From Lama glama (taxonomy: Eukaryota): 64,000 nucleotides of DNA. Below, one piece after another: positions 24,591 through 36,675 of the stretch. Every line of letters begins with the position of its first letter. The first letter of the stretch is position 1. The translations under genes and the position numbers were made by a program. The notes beneath the pieces are model-generated. The model saw only the letters and a list, made by a program, of their open reading frames with translations, had not been told where the DNA came from and did not search any database. The stretch spans positions 29,762,001-29,826,000 of the forward strand of contig CM052816.1 in NCBI GenBank assembly GCA_028534125.1. Direction: 5' to 3'.

Positions 24591-26070
24591 ATTATAATTT
24601 TACTTGATTTCATTTTTAATAGAAGTAGTACAGATGCAAAAAAGAGGCTTCCAGGTTGTCCCAGAACGATGGCTAAATCTCACATTCTTGGTTTAGAGCA
24701 AAGCCAACAGGTGGTTCAGCTACCTCCCCTGAGACTTAAGATAGAGACAAATTCAGAAACCAGCTCAACACCAACCACCCTCCCTCCAGACAGTCAACAC
24801 AAGGAGAAGACAGGTTATCCCCTGACTCATTTCTGAGGAGGAGATGCTGCTTTTCCCAAGGCCAAGTGGAGGTCCCAGAAGAATTTCTGTTTTTTTTTTT
24901 TTAAAGGAAACCTACAAAAAGGGCAACTGTTATTTTTACTGCTTTTTTTTTGGATATCTGCTTTGCCAGAGAATTGGGGACAATCAGATGGGAGGAATGA
25001 GCTTTTACCAGTGGATCAGGTTGGAGCTGCCATCTGTCCATACCAGCCACCCAGAGAGCTTAAATAATGAGCAAGAACAGTGGTTATCACCAACCTCAGG
25101 CAGGACTGTGACCTGGCCCAGTCAGGGGGATTTCTTGTTCTTTTCCTGCTGCCTCAGCCCCACCCTGACAGGGAAGGAAGCAACAGTGGGTAAAGGAGGG
25201 GGAGAGAAGGGATGTGAAATCAGACCATGCAGCCCACTCCTCCATTTCAGGCCAGCCAGCTCAAAGCTGTGGCCTGTGCTTGGGGTCGGGGTGGGGAAAG
25301 ACAGACAAGGTTTGAATCAAATATAACACTGATGTTTTAAAAGTAAAAAGGACAGAGTCTTAGAAAGTGAAATGATACTGTTTGTTATAAGTCAGAATGT
25401 CTGAAAATTTATGGAAGTGGGTCAAGATGATATTAAGGAAGGCATTACTTATATAAGACATCTAGGCATAGTTACTGGCAAAAAGATCAGGTTTGCATCC
25501 TAATGAGCTGACTTTCCTCAATAAGCCATGTGTATATATCTCCATGATAAAGATTCCAAACAGTATAGAAAGAGATAATAAGTATGTAATAATGACATAA
25601 TCTATTTTTCAACTCAACATTGAGGGTCCTTGGGACCTTCATTCTTCTTACAGGCCGTTCTTCACTACAAATGTGTGGATCATGAGGTTTGGAACTTCTT
25701 GGGTGCCTTCTGCCTTCTGGGGGACTCTTGTTTCAGAAAGCCGCCTGCAAGCCTGGGGAGTGAGGTGACAGAGGGCTGGCACCAATGCTGATTCTCCATT
25801 GGTGCCCAGAAGGAAAGGGACAGAGCCAACTGGCCTATCCCAGCCCGTGTCCCAGGAGCTTCCACCAGGACCACGTGACTCACTCTAATGTCAATATATA
25901 AAGCTGTTTTTGAAGGGTTGATTATTCTGAGACTTATTTTATAATTCCATACGTTCTAGTTATATGTTCCAGTTAACTCAAAAGTCGCCTTGTACTCCCC
26001 AAGGGAAGGCATTTCAGACTTACAGCCTGTATATCCTATGTCCACCCCTGACTGGCTTCATACTCTACCC

Positions 26071-26144
26071 TGCACGTGCGTGTGCCCACACATGCATGCA
26101 CACGCACACATGCGCACACACGCACACACACGCACACACACACA
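26071..26144. repeat. (CA/CG/TG)n alternating purine-pyrimidine tract
   Basis: TGCACGTGCGTGTG...CACACGCACACACACACA is directly visible. Confidence 0.9.
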
Positions 26145-26749
26145 TTCTCGTGCAACCTCATCTTTGGCTTTCTTGGTCTGGCAGGACAACTCTACTCCTT
26201 TCCAAGGGGTATTCCTCTCCCTGGGTTCCTTTTGGCTTTTCACAATGTGGGAAGTGTCTTAGACTATGTCCTCTTGAACTTCATTCGCCCTTCTTCTCTA
26301 CCCTTCACACAGGCTCTGGAGGAAAACAGGCTGTGTCCTCCCACCTATGTAGGACCAGTGACCGTCCTCATGGTGTGACTGGACCCTGGGAGAGCAGGAG
26401 CCCCGCTGCTGTCTTTATTGGGTCACCTGTGAAAGGAGCACAGCTTTCAAAATCAGGAATTAATTTTCCCAGAGACAACATAGTCATGTCCAACTCTAAG
26501 GAAGAACATTTCCCTGTTGGCACAACTCTGGCTTTGCCCTCCAGGGATAAGACACAGCCCACGATGCTGCTGCAGTGCATTTGTGTCTTCCCATCTGCCC
26601 AGGCCTGAGAGTAATCAACAGGGGAAAACCCACACACTGGCTTTTCCTGCTCTCTTGCTCGGAGAACAGTGCTGTTACCAGTTGGTTTATTTTGAGTCAT
26701 TCTACCTCTGATAGAAGAAGGGAAGAAGAGAGTCTCTATTCCTTCTCCT

Positions 26750-26920
26750 TTTGTAGTTAAACATACATGACATCAAGCTAACCATCTTAACTGTTTTTAC
26801 ATGCACAGGTCAGTGGCATTAAATATATCATACTGTTATGAAGGCACCATCACTATCCATTTCTAGAATTTATTTTATCATTCCAAATCTAATTCCTTTT
26901 ATTGCATCTGTTACCCTGGA
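26750..26920 (-). mobile_element. L1MB-like 3' end fragment
   Basis: AACCATCTTAACTGTTTTTACATGCACAGGTCAGTGGCATTAAATATA...CCATCACTATCCATTTCTAGAA is an antisense L1MB terminus. Confidence 0.7.
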
Positions 26921-28498
26921 CCACAAGCCTCCTGAAGACTGATAACATGACTTACTTATTTTTGAATTTCCACTGTCTTTTGTATAGTGGACACTTAATA
27001 CACTTATTAAACTGCATTTGCATTCAGCAGAAGGAAACAGAAAAGAAGGCTGTTACATTATTACCCGTGGAAATGAAAGGAAGCCGATGGTACAGTTAGT
27101 AATGTTCGCCTCTCTTATTGATGCCACCCCTTCCGGTCCCAGGAAATAATGTGAATAGATTTTTTTCATATATAAGTTGTTATGTCCTTTATGATGTCCT
27201 GCCAGCTTCTAATTATAGGACATACAGGAATTTCCCATACATTGAGTAATATGCCCCTAAACATATAAAGCTGTGTTTCTAAATCTTTTCATATAACAAA
27301 AACAAAAACGAAACAACCCAGGGAATAATTAACAACTAAATTTGTCCTTGTTCATCCCCGTGAATTCTTCCATGGATCTCATTCTTTTCAAATGAACAAG
27401 AATTCCATTTGACCTAATGTTTTTATTGCTTAACGTGAAGGAACCACTTTTTTAAATGGTTTGGTCAAATGTGTCTGAAATGTAAGTTTGAAAGGAAGGG
27501 CTCAGTCCAATCAGTGTCCTCCTCTTAAAACATAACCTCAAGGAATTCAGTAAGTATTCGTATGTGATTCGTTAAAGTTCTGAGGCTGGAAAGAAGTCCA
27601 GCAAATTAGTAAGACCACATGTTGAAGAATTTTTCTGATGGGAGCAAGATGATCAGAGGATTCTTATAGTCCTGGCTTAAGATAAATAGTTGTAAATGAA
27701 AAGCAAAAAGATGCAAAGCAGACAAGTAAAGGGAGGGATGTTGTGATTGCTAAATGGAGGTATGTGCAAAAAAGTACCTCTTCCTGATAAATTTAAACAG
27801 GTAGATGGAGGGCAGAACAAAGCTGCCTTTAGTGTTTTGAAACAAAATTGCTCTGAGTACTACTGTGGTATATATTTCCTGTGATTTTGGATGTTAGAAA
27901 AGATGAGAGAAAATATTGTCATTGATCCTAGGAAAGGATTCTCAACTGGACTGTTCTGGGGGGCAGGCTGTATCTTTCTTCTTCCTCATAAGAGGAGTCA
28001 TTATTACGTGTTGGTCACTCTTTTGAGAACCACTATTATATCTAGGAATTTCTCCTAGTTCTCAGATGTATAGGAAAAAGAAAAGGAGCACCATTTGGCT
28101 ATAAGAATCACACTGTTCGAGTCAGAAGATAATAATAATCACATACGATGCTTGCTCAGGAATGTCTTAACATTTGCCCTTGAGTACCTCCATTGTATCT
28201 TGTTCTAAATTATAGCTGTGTTAGGGAAAAATCTGCAATTTTGTGTGTTTACATGAGAAATTTAATTAAGTTTAATTTTTACTGTATTGCTTAGAGTAAC
28301 TGCTGCTGCAACAAACAAGCTACAGCATTTCAGTTGGATAACACCGTGACTTTTATTGGTCGATGGGCAGAAGGCTTTCCTCCTTGTGGTAATCTAGGGA
28401 CCCAGACTCATCCCATTTTGTGGCTCTACCTTCTTCTAGGGTCTCAAAGTCCTTTACATGAGGCCAATGGAAGGAGGAAGACTATGAGGAGAATACAC

Positions 28499-28500
<2 letters not shown>

Positions 28501-28578
<78 letters not shown>

Positions 28579-28596
28579 TTTCCCTTTCTTTCTTTT

Positions 28597-28655
<59 letters not shown>

Positions 28656-28725
28656 CTTTCTCTCTCTCTTTCTCTCTTTCTCTCTCTCTCTCTTTCTTTC
28701 TTTCTTACTTTCTTTCTTTCTTTCT
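28501..28725. repeat. (TTTC)n/(TC)n microsatellite, about 225 bp
   Basis: Directly visible; it explains the FFLS and KKER ORFs. Confidence 0.97.
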
Positions 28726-28731
28726 AGCATT

Positions 28732-28783
28732 CTTTTAAAAATTTTTATTGAAGTCTAGTGGATTTAGGTTTCAGGTACATAGC
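28732..28783 (-). mobile_element. Very short L1 3' terminus
   Basis: TTTTTATTGAAGTCTAGTGGATTTAGGTTTCAGGTACATAGC matches the L1 3' end seen at about 31185. Confidence 0.7.
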
Positions 28784-29000
28784 AACACACTCATTCTTTA
28801 CCTAAATTGTCATTAGATAACACAGTTGTGATCTTTCACTTTATAAAATAAAGGATAATATAAACAGTTAGATTTGTTTGGCATTCTTTAAGTTTTAATT
28901 AACCCCAAACTACTATGATAGTTTTTTTATTTACCAAACTTGGGACAAAAAATCCTGACAAATTTAAAGAGAAGTTTAGCCTTCTTAAGTTAACCATGTA

Positions 29001-29219
29001 CAGCTGAGCCTTGAACAGTGCAGGGATTGGGGCACTGACTCTCAGGCACAATTGAAAATTCCAGATAACTTTAAAGTTGGCCCTCCATCCCCATGGTTCT
29101 ACATTCAAGAATTCAACCAACCACGGATTGTTAATACTGTAGTAAAGTATTTAGTGAAAGAAATCTGCGTATAAATGGACTTGGCGAAGTTCAAACCTGA
29201 GTTGTGCAGGGGTCAACTG
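29001..29219. mobile_element. TcMar-Tigger2-family MITE
   Basis: Terminal inverted repeats CAGCTGAGCCTTGAACA and TGTGCAGGGGTCAACTG (Tigger2 TIR is CAGTTGACCCTTGAACA), preceded by TA; internal AAATCTGCGTATAAATGGAC...GTTCAAACC. Confidence 0.85.
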
Positions 29220-29904
29220 TGTAAGTAGAGTGTGTTAGCATGTGCTTCAGTGCTGGTGTACCATTCAAGTTAAACAAGTTCAGGAACAGAAACTGGAAAA
29301 ATATCTGTCTATAAATTGCTGTGTTTGTAGGTTTCAAGGGCTTTGTCCATCAGAAACACTCGTAATACACTTTATCATACAAATGAAAAGGCCCTGGAGT
29401 TTGTCACTGTCCTCACTATTCATGATATGCTCTTATTCCCAGAGTAATCACAGATCAAATCCTTAAAAATTTATTTTGTAGCAGACCTCAATAAAGGATT
29501 CCATTCTCCTCCATGCTTTTATTGTAGTTAGTACAATAAATTGACCAAACCATTTAGTCTTATCATCCCAGGTGTTTCGCCTTCTTCCTTATATTCCCAT
29601 AAAGCCCCCTGCTATAAGCTGAAGATCAGAAATTCAGGCTCCTGGAAGGAACAGCAAAAGAACTGATAGCAGATTCATTTGGCTATTGATAATATAGGGA
29701 CTAAATTAATGGGTGCTGGTGTGGTATATGGATTCTGTATCATACAAAAGGGGTTCATTTATGAGTATGTGACTGAGTCAGGATTTCTAGGATGATTTAT
29801 TTCCTGTAGCAGAAGCCAGTGTGAAGTGGGTGGTTCTGCCCAAGACCATCAGAGCAAAATAACACAGGTGCTCTATCACTGGACGGGTACAAACAACTCT
29901 TCTC

Positions 29905-30010
29905 TAATTATTACCTCCACTTTACAGCTGAGGATCCTGGGGCTCAGAAAGGGTCAGGAACTTGCAAAAGTCATTCCTTACTGAGCGGCAGAACTAAGGA
30001 GCAGAGGACT
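29905..30010 (-). mobile_element. MIR fragment
   Basis: TTATTACCTCCACTTTACAGCTGAGGATCCTGGGGCTCAGAAAGGGTCAGGAACTTGC. Confidence 0.7.
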
Positions 30011-30499
30011 TCAGTTTGTCTGGTGCGATTTTTTTTTCTCTTTGCTTTTTAATTGCTAACAAGCCCAGAAGGAGCAAAGACTGATGGATGATTTCTGAGG
30101 AGCTGGAAGGAGCTTTGTTGGAGGGGAACACTTTAGCATCCAGAAGCTAGTTTGAAGGTTCCTGAAAACCACCTCACGATTGAGACCTGAACTGCAGGCA
30201 GAGAAGACCTAGCCAAGCTTTGTCTTTCTGTGTCGCTGGTGCTGAGAGTGTGAAACAGCTTAGAGAATGGGCTTCTCTCACCGCTGCCTGGATGCTTTTA
30301 AGGGCCAGTAGGCCAGTCTGACTCTCCTTCACGTGAGTTCTTTGGTTCTGCCCTTTGAATACAAAGGAAGGTATGATTGTCTCATGATAATGCAAATAAG
30401 ACGTCCTCAGAAGAAATACCAGCAAGGACAATATCTAAATCTTTTTGATGCTGGAGACGATGGCAAACAATAGCGACCTCAAGAGCAACAACAATAACA

Positions 30500-30690
30500 A
30501 CAATGAAAGCTTGTAAAATGCTTGCTACATGCCAGGTACGATCTGAGCATCTCCTATATGTTAACCCATTGAACTCCCATTACTATCTGAGGTAAAGCGT
30601 GACTAGGGGCTTTCATGAGGTCACAGGGGCAGAGAAAGATTAAATGGAGATCTGAGTCTGGTATCAACCATTATTCCATCTTGATTCTCT
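30500..30690 (-). mobile_element. MIR fragment
   Basis: AATGCTTGCTACATGCCAGGTACGATCTGAGCATCTCCTATATGTTAACCCATT. Confidence 0.55.
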
Positions 30691-31169
30691 TTTAGACATT
30701 TTTAAATCAAAGGCAAAGAAAGCACTGATTTTTAGTGAAGCACAGTGAAATTAACTTATGCCATGTAGGAAGCTTAAGTTTAAAGTACATGTTTTCCTAA
30801 AAGTGATTGTTGTATGTTGACTATAATTTTAAATATATCCTCTAGCTTTTATAATAGTAACAAACTACTTTTAAGAAATGAAAATGTTTTATTTCCTCTA
30901 AATTTATCATTTTATAAATTTACTTTGAATTATAGTTTTTCTTGCTTAGTTTTTAAAGGAAATTAGTAAAAATATTCTAGTTTTATGGAAAATGTTAAAC
31001 CAATAAGTAGGTAAATATTTTTTCCTTTTCTAAAAAACGCTAGATTTACTGTCTGTCAGAGTAGAAACTCAGCTAGGTTTTATATTCCTTGTTTCCATAG
31101 GAATTGTCAGCAAACATTGCTATATCACACTTACATATCTGTATCTGTAATAATCATTATGTACATATT

Positions 31170-31345
31170 TTTTGGATTTTTAGTTTTTTATTGAAGTGTA
31201 GTTGATTTACAATGCTAGTTTCAGGTGTACAGCAAAGTGATTCAGTTATACATATACATACATATATATTTTCTCTTCAGATTCTTTTCCATTACATGTT
31301 ATTATAAGAAATTGAATATAGTTCCCTGTGCTATTCAGTAGGTCT
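31170..31345 (-). mobile_element. L1 3' terminal fragment (different variant from the adjacent L1)
   Basis: TTTTATTGAAGTGTAGTTGATTTACAATG...TTCAGGTGTACAGCAAAGTGATTCAG...TTGAATATAGTTCCCTGTGCTATTCAGTAGGTC. Confidence 0.85.
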
Positions 31346-33485
31346 TTTTTTTCCTACGTAAAAAAAATTTTTTTACATTGAAGTGTAGTCAATTACAGTA
31401 TTCTGATTTCTGGTGTACAGCATAATGTCCCAGTCATATATATACATACATAAATATATATATTTATATATATATTATATATATTTGTTTTCATATTCTT
31501 TTTCACTAAAGGTTATTACAAGATATTGAATATAGTTCCCTGTGCTATACAGAATAAATTTGCTTATTATCTATTTTTAGATATAGTGGCTAACATTTGC
31601 AAATCTCAAACTCCCAAATATATCCCTTCCAACTCCCTTTCCCCTGGTAACCATAAGATTATTTACTATGTCTGCAAGTCTGTTTCTGTTTTGTAGATGA
31701 GTTCATTAGTGTCCTCTTTTTTTAGATTCCACATATGAGTGATACCATATGGTATTTTTCTTTCTCTTTCTGGTTTACTTCCCTTGGAATGATGATCTCC
31801 AGGTCCATCCATGTTGCTGCAAGTGGCATTGTTTTATTCTTTTTATGGCTGAGTAGTATTCCATTGTATAAATGTACCACAACTTCTTTATCCAGTCATC
31901 TGTTGCTGGATATTTAGGTTGCTTCTTTGTCTTGGCTATTATAAACAGTGCTGCTATGAACACTGGTGTGCATGTATCTTTTCAAATTTGAATTACCTCT
32001 GATATATACCCAGGAGTGAGATTGCTGGATCATATGGTAAGTCTATGTTTAGTTTTCTGAGGACTTTCTATACTGTTTTCCATAATGGCTGCACCAAAAT
32101 ACATTCCCATCAGCAGTGTAGGAGGGTTCCCTTTTCTCCACACCCTCTCCAGTATTTATCGTTTGTGGAATTTTGAATGATGGCCATTCTGACTGGTGTG
32201 AGGTGATACCTCATTGTAGTTTTGATTTGCATTTCTCTGATAATTAGCGATATTGAGCATTTTTCATATGCCTATTGGTCATTTGTATGTCTGCATTGGA
32301 GAATTGATTGTTTAGGTCTTCTGCCCATTTTTGGATTGGGCTTTTTTTTTTTATTATTAAGTTGTATGAGGTGTTTATATATTCTGGAAATTAAATCTTT
32401 GTCAGTTGCATCATTTGTAAATATTTTCTCCCATTCTTTAGGTTGTCATTTTGTTTTACTTATGGTTTCCTTTGCTGTGCAAAAGCTTATAAGTTTAATT
32501 AGGTCCCATCTGTTAATTTTTCCTTTTATTTCTATTGCCTGGGTAGACTGCCCTAGGAGACCATTGCTAAAATTTATGTCAGAGAATGTTTTGCCTATGT
32601 TTTTTTCTAGGAGGTATTTATCGTGTCTTGTCTTATATTTAAGTCTTTAAGCCATTTTGAGTTTATTTTTGTGTATGGTGTGAAGGAATGTTCTTACTTC
32701 ATTGATTTACATGATGCTGTCCAGTTTTCCCAACACCACTTGCTGAAGAGACTGTCTTTTCTCCATTGTATGTTCTTGCCTCCTTTGTCAAAGATTAATT
32801 GACCGTAGGTCTGTGGGTTTATTTTTGGGCTGTCTATTCTGTTCCATTGATCCATATGTTTTTATGACAACACCATGCTGTTTTGATTATCGTAGCTCTG
32901 TAGTATTGTCTGAAGTCTGAGAGGATTATTCCTCCAGCTTTGTTCTTTTACTTCAATGTTGCTTTGGCAATTCTTGGTCTTTTGTGAGTCCATATAAATT
33001 TTAGGGTTTTTGTTCTAGTTCTGTGAAAAATGTCATGGGTAATTTGATAGAAATCACATTAAATCTGTAGATTGCCTTGGGCAGTACGGCCATTTTAACA
33101 ATATTGATTCTTCCAATCCAAGAACATGGGATATCGTTCCATTTCTATAAGTCATCTTTAATTTCCTGTATCAATGTTTTGTAGTTCTCCATATGTAAGT
33201 CTTTCACCTTCTTGGTCAGATTTATTCCAAAGTATTTTATTGTTGTGGGATGTGATTTTAAAAGAGATTGTTTCTTTACTTTCTTTTCCTGCTAATTCAT
33301 TGTTAGTATAAAGAAATGCAACTGGTTTTTGAACGTTAATCTTGTAAACTGCTACCTTGCTGAATTCTTTTATCAGCTCTAGTAGTTTTTGTGTGGAGAT
33401 TTTAGGGTTTTCTATATATAGTATCATGTCACCTGCATATAGTGACAATTTTACCTCTTCTCTTCCAATTTGGATCCCTTTTATT
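31346..33485 (-). mobile_element. 5'-truncated lineage-specific LINE-1 (about 2.1 kb; ORF2 RT to C-terminus plus 3'UTR), inactive
   Basis: ORF 33158..33448 reads SLYAGDMILYIENPK...QKLLELIKEFSKVAVYKINVQK (RT core with YADD decayed to YAGD). ORF 31775..31963 reads MFIAALFIIAK...WIKKLWYIYTMEYYSAIK (ORF2 C-terminus). The frames are broken and there is a T-rich tail at about 31346-31375. Confidence 0.95.
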
Positions 33486-34019
33486 CATTATATTTTTAAA
33501 GTAACTTCCATGTGATATTGTTGGTTTTATTATTGACTTATTAATTATTTATATCTTCCCTCGTTCCACGAAAGGAACTTATGGTGGCTAAAGTATATTT
33601 ACTTAGTAATATATGATAATAAAGGAGAAAATTAGGGAAAGAGCAAGCACAAATGCACTAAGAAGACAAAGTCAGGGTACAGCTTTTCTCACAAAGCTGT
33701 AGGTGCTGAAGTGCCCATACACCTTGTCCTGAGTGGACTGCCACTGTAGCTCCACATTTCTAACAACTGATTTAAATGTTACAGAACTTATTGAGTTCCT
33801 AAAATAAGAGACAAAACAGTAAGTTAAGAGAGCCGGGTTATTCCTGATACTGAGGAAATAAACAAACTATGAGAATGTGCTGAGAACCCACTATGTGTTT
33901 ACAGAGAATACAAGGATGGTTCTTAGCCTAAAAGAGTTTGAGGTACAGAATCACACTCACACCCAATATTTAGGAATTGGAAGCGTGCCTCTCGGTTGGG
34001 ACCTCAAACCTACCTGGCA

Positions 34020-34990
34020 TCTTGGCTGTTTCTTGTTCCTTACTCTCCCATTCTCCATAGTGATTTTTTTAAACCTTCTTTACTTTCTTCAGATTTCCCA
34101 GTCCTCTTTACTCGCCTCTCACCTTTCCCTGTCTCAGAGAATGACTGGCTTCAAAAACAAAATGGAGGCTCTCAGCAGGGAACTGAGTCTGTTTACGGAC
34201 AGAGGAATCTCTCTACATCTGCCTTCCTTCTTCTTCACTTGGCATGTGGTGAGTGGAGCTGCTCCTTCATGCTAAGAACAGTTCTTTCCCTTATGCTACA
34301 GATTCTTTTCCTTCTTGAAAATCTGTGCCAAACGTGATCCTGTCTCTCTACTATACTCACCCTCTCTCTTTCACTGATGTGTGGAAATATGCTGCAGACT
34401 CCTTAATCTTAGAAAACACCCTCCTCAACATTGCATCCATATGCTGAAATAACTCATTCTCTCTCACCTTCCCACTTAGAGTGAAGCTTCCAAAAGACAG
34501 TCTGAGCTTACTGCCTCCTTCACTCTACTTCCCAATAACCCTTCAAGCCATTTCACTCTGGGTCCACCAAAATTACACGTGTAAGATCACCAGTGACCTT
34601 AGTGACACTGTCTTATGGGCATCCTTCAACTTTGTGAGTTCTTTAGTGTACTTCCCAAAAATGTCCTACTTATTTTGATGAAAGAGGCAGGATTCACTTC
34701 TGTGACTCACAAGGAAAGAACCCCAGCGAGTACTCTGACTCTGCAACCTTGTCTTGCTCTGTCCTCCCCTTTGCTCTCTATGTTGCCCTCACATTGTCCT
34801 TTTTTCAGTTCCTTAAGGTAGCTCTCCACTCTCCTACCACAGAGCTTTGGCACATAGTTTCCCCTGCCTGAAAAATCTTTTCCTCTTCCTCTTCACTTGA
34901 TGATTTTAATTCTTCAGACTCACGTCAAATGCCCCTTCTTCTAAGGAACATTCCCTAGACTCCCAGAATGGATCCATTTCCCCTCTTACA
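34020..34990 (+). mobile_element. L2 fragments
   Basis: GTAAGATCACCAGTGACCT and AGAGCTTTGGCACATAGTTTCCCCTGCCTGAAAAATCTTTTCC...TCTTCAGACTCACGTCAAATGCCCCTTC are L2-typical. Confidence 0.55.
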
Positions 34991-35589
34991 TATTCTCAAA
35001 GTCCAGAGATACCGTTTAATATCCCCATAAAGCATATAAAGGTAGCTCTAGGTGATAGGGTCTGAATTTTAATTCCAACCACATTGTGACATTCTCAAAG
35101 ACATACAATGGATTCCTCAAGTAGGATGTGGCCAGTGCTTGAGCAGTTTGGAACATATTCTTAGGTCAGAGTGCTTATTTCCTGATGACTCATAGGGCTT
35201 TTAAGGATGTCTGAGTACAACTCTGCTGATTATGATCTTTATTATGTTCATGAGAGTTGCAGAAAAGGGATGTGACCCAGGTCAGAGACCCCGAGCCAAG
35301 GCAGAGGGAGCCTGGGTGCTGATATGGAAGGTCTTTCCCTGGGTGATTCACGGTTGCTGCTTCTAGTTGTCTTTATGGCTGCAAGAAGCTTCACTGGCAG
35401 GACATCCAACACCCTAGAGTCTGGCCCTTCATCCCATACCACGCTTCCTCATCCCCTTCTATTCTGATTATCCCTCAAATTGCAAAGATTTTTTGATCTA
35501 GTGTACTTACCGGTTAGGTTTAGGAAGATGAATACAAAAAATAATATCCTTTACAGCATTTTGGAGTTCATATTCATTTGTCTCTATAA

Positions 35590-35920
35590 CCCAGAGGAGG
35601 TGAGCAGGGGCAGAGTTAGACCTTCCATTTTCCACGTGAGGAAACACAGGTCAAATAAAGCAGCAACTAGTGAAGATAGTTATAGAACCTAGGCCTGCCA
35701 ACTTTAGGTACCATGCTTTTTTCCTGCCATACCTTTAATTTAAAAAGTGTTTTAAGCTTTTCATCTTCTTTTCATAAAAGTCCTTATTTGTATTTACATT
35801 GTTATCCATTTTCAACTCAATGCAGCCAAGATACATAGAGTGCTGGCTATATAGAAGATTCTGGGGGATGTAAAACAATAATGCAGATTCTTCAAGCTTA
35901 TAATTTGGTGGGAGATGAGG
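35590..35920 (-). mobile_element. MIR fragment plus an L2 3' end remnant
   Basis: CCATTTTCCACGTGAGGAAACACAGG (MIR); 35800-35920 resembles an antisense L2 terminus. Confidence 0.5.
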
Positions 35921-36290
35921 TATCACCTACTTTATTACTTCAATGCCTCATGCCCAGCCTTCAAAGAATTGAAATTAGGCTTTATTTTAGATTTTTCTTC
36001 CCTTACATTCCTTCCTTTCATTATTATGTATCTGTGAATCTCTACTCACCTGAGACCAAGTCAGATGCCAAAAGAAATTCTGAGAAGTTTCTGCTGACAA
36101 AAGACTGTGTCTTTCCCTAACATTGATCCAAAGTAGGGGCAAGTAGCAATTGAAACTTGAGGTGGGTCTTTAACTTGAAAAAATAAAAGAGTTATTAATA
36201 TTTTCATACAGTTCAATTACCTATTGAGAAAGTCTGGGTTTTGTTTTTCACTGCTGCCAGTTCATGAAAGAACAGAATGAATGTTCACCC

Positions 36291-36675
36291 TGTGTAGCAG
36301 AGGCTGCTAATTGCTTTCCCCAATATTCAGTCTGGCCATATGGGATAAAGACTACATTTTCCTTCATCCCTCATAATTAGTCTGACTGTGTGACCCTGTA
36401 CTGGCCAGTGAGATGTAGTGAAAGATTAGGGCAGACCTGGGGAATCTTAAAAGACATTTGGCATGCACCCTTACCCTCTTTCGTATGGTCAGTGCACGAG
36501 CAGTCATCTTCGCTCATGGGATGGCGTGGAGCGCTAAGATAGAAGCTTCCGTACCAGCTCTGGGGGCTACCTCAGAGCCTCTGTGAGGGGAGATAAAATA
36601 AATATTTGTCTTTTGTAGGTCACTGTTATTTCTGAGTTTATGTCACAAGCTGCTGAGCCCAATCCTAGCTGAATC
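36291..36675 (+). mobile_element. MaLR LTR (MLT1I/J-like)
   Basis: TGTGTAGCAGAGGCTGCTAATTG start, ACTACATTTTCC, TGTGTGACCCTGTACTGGCCAGTGAGATGTAG, AAATAAA signal and GCTGAGCCCAATCCTAGCTGA end. Confidence 0.7.

Noticed and set aside
25964..26608. Longest ORF in the window (214 aa)
   Set aside because: It runs through the CA repeat (HTHT), and has no recognisable domain or supporting exon structure.
28334..28738. ORFs with FFLS or KKER repeats (also 50026..50349, 50090..50338 and 2799..3056)
   Set aside because: They are translations of microsatellites, not proteins.
32222..32650. 142-aa hydrophobic ORF
   Set aside because: It is the antisense frame of L1 ORF2.
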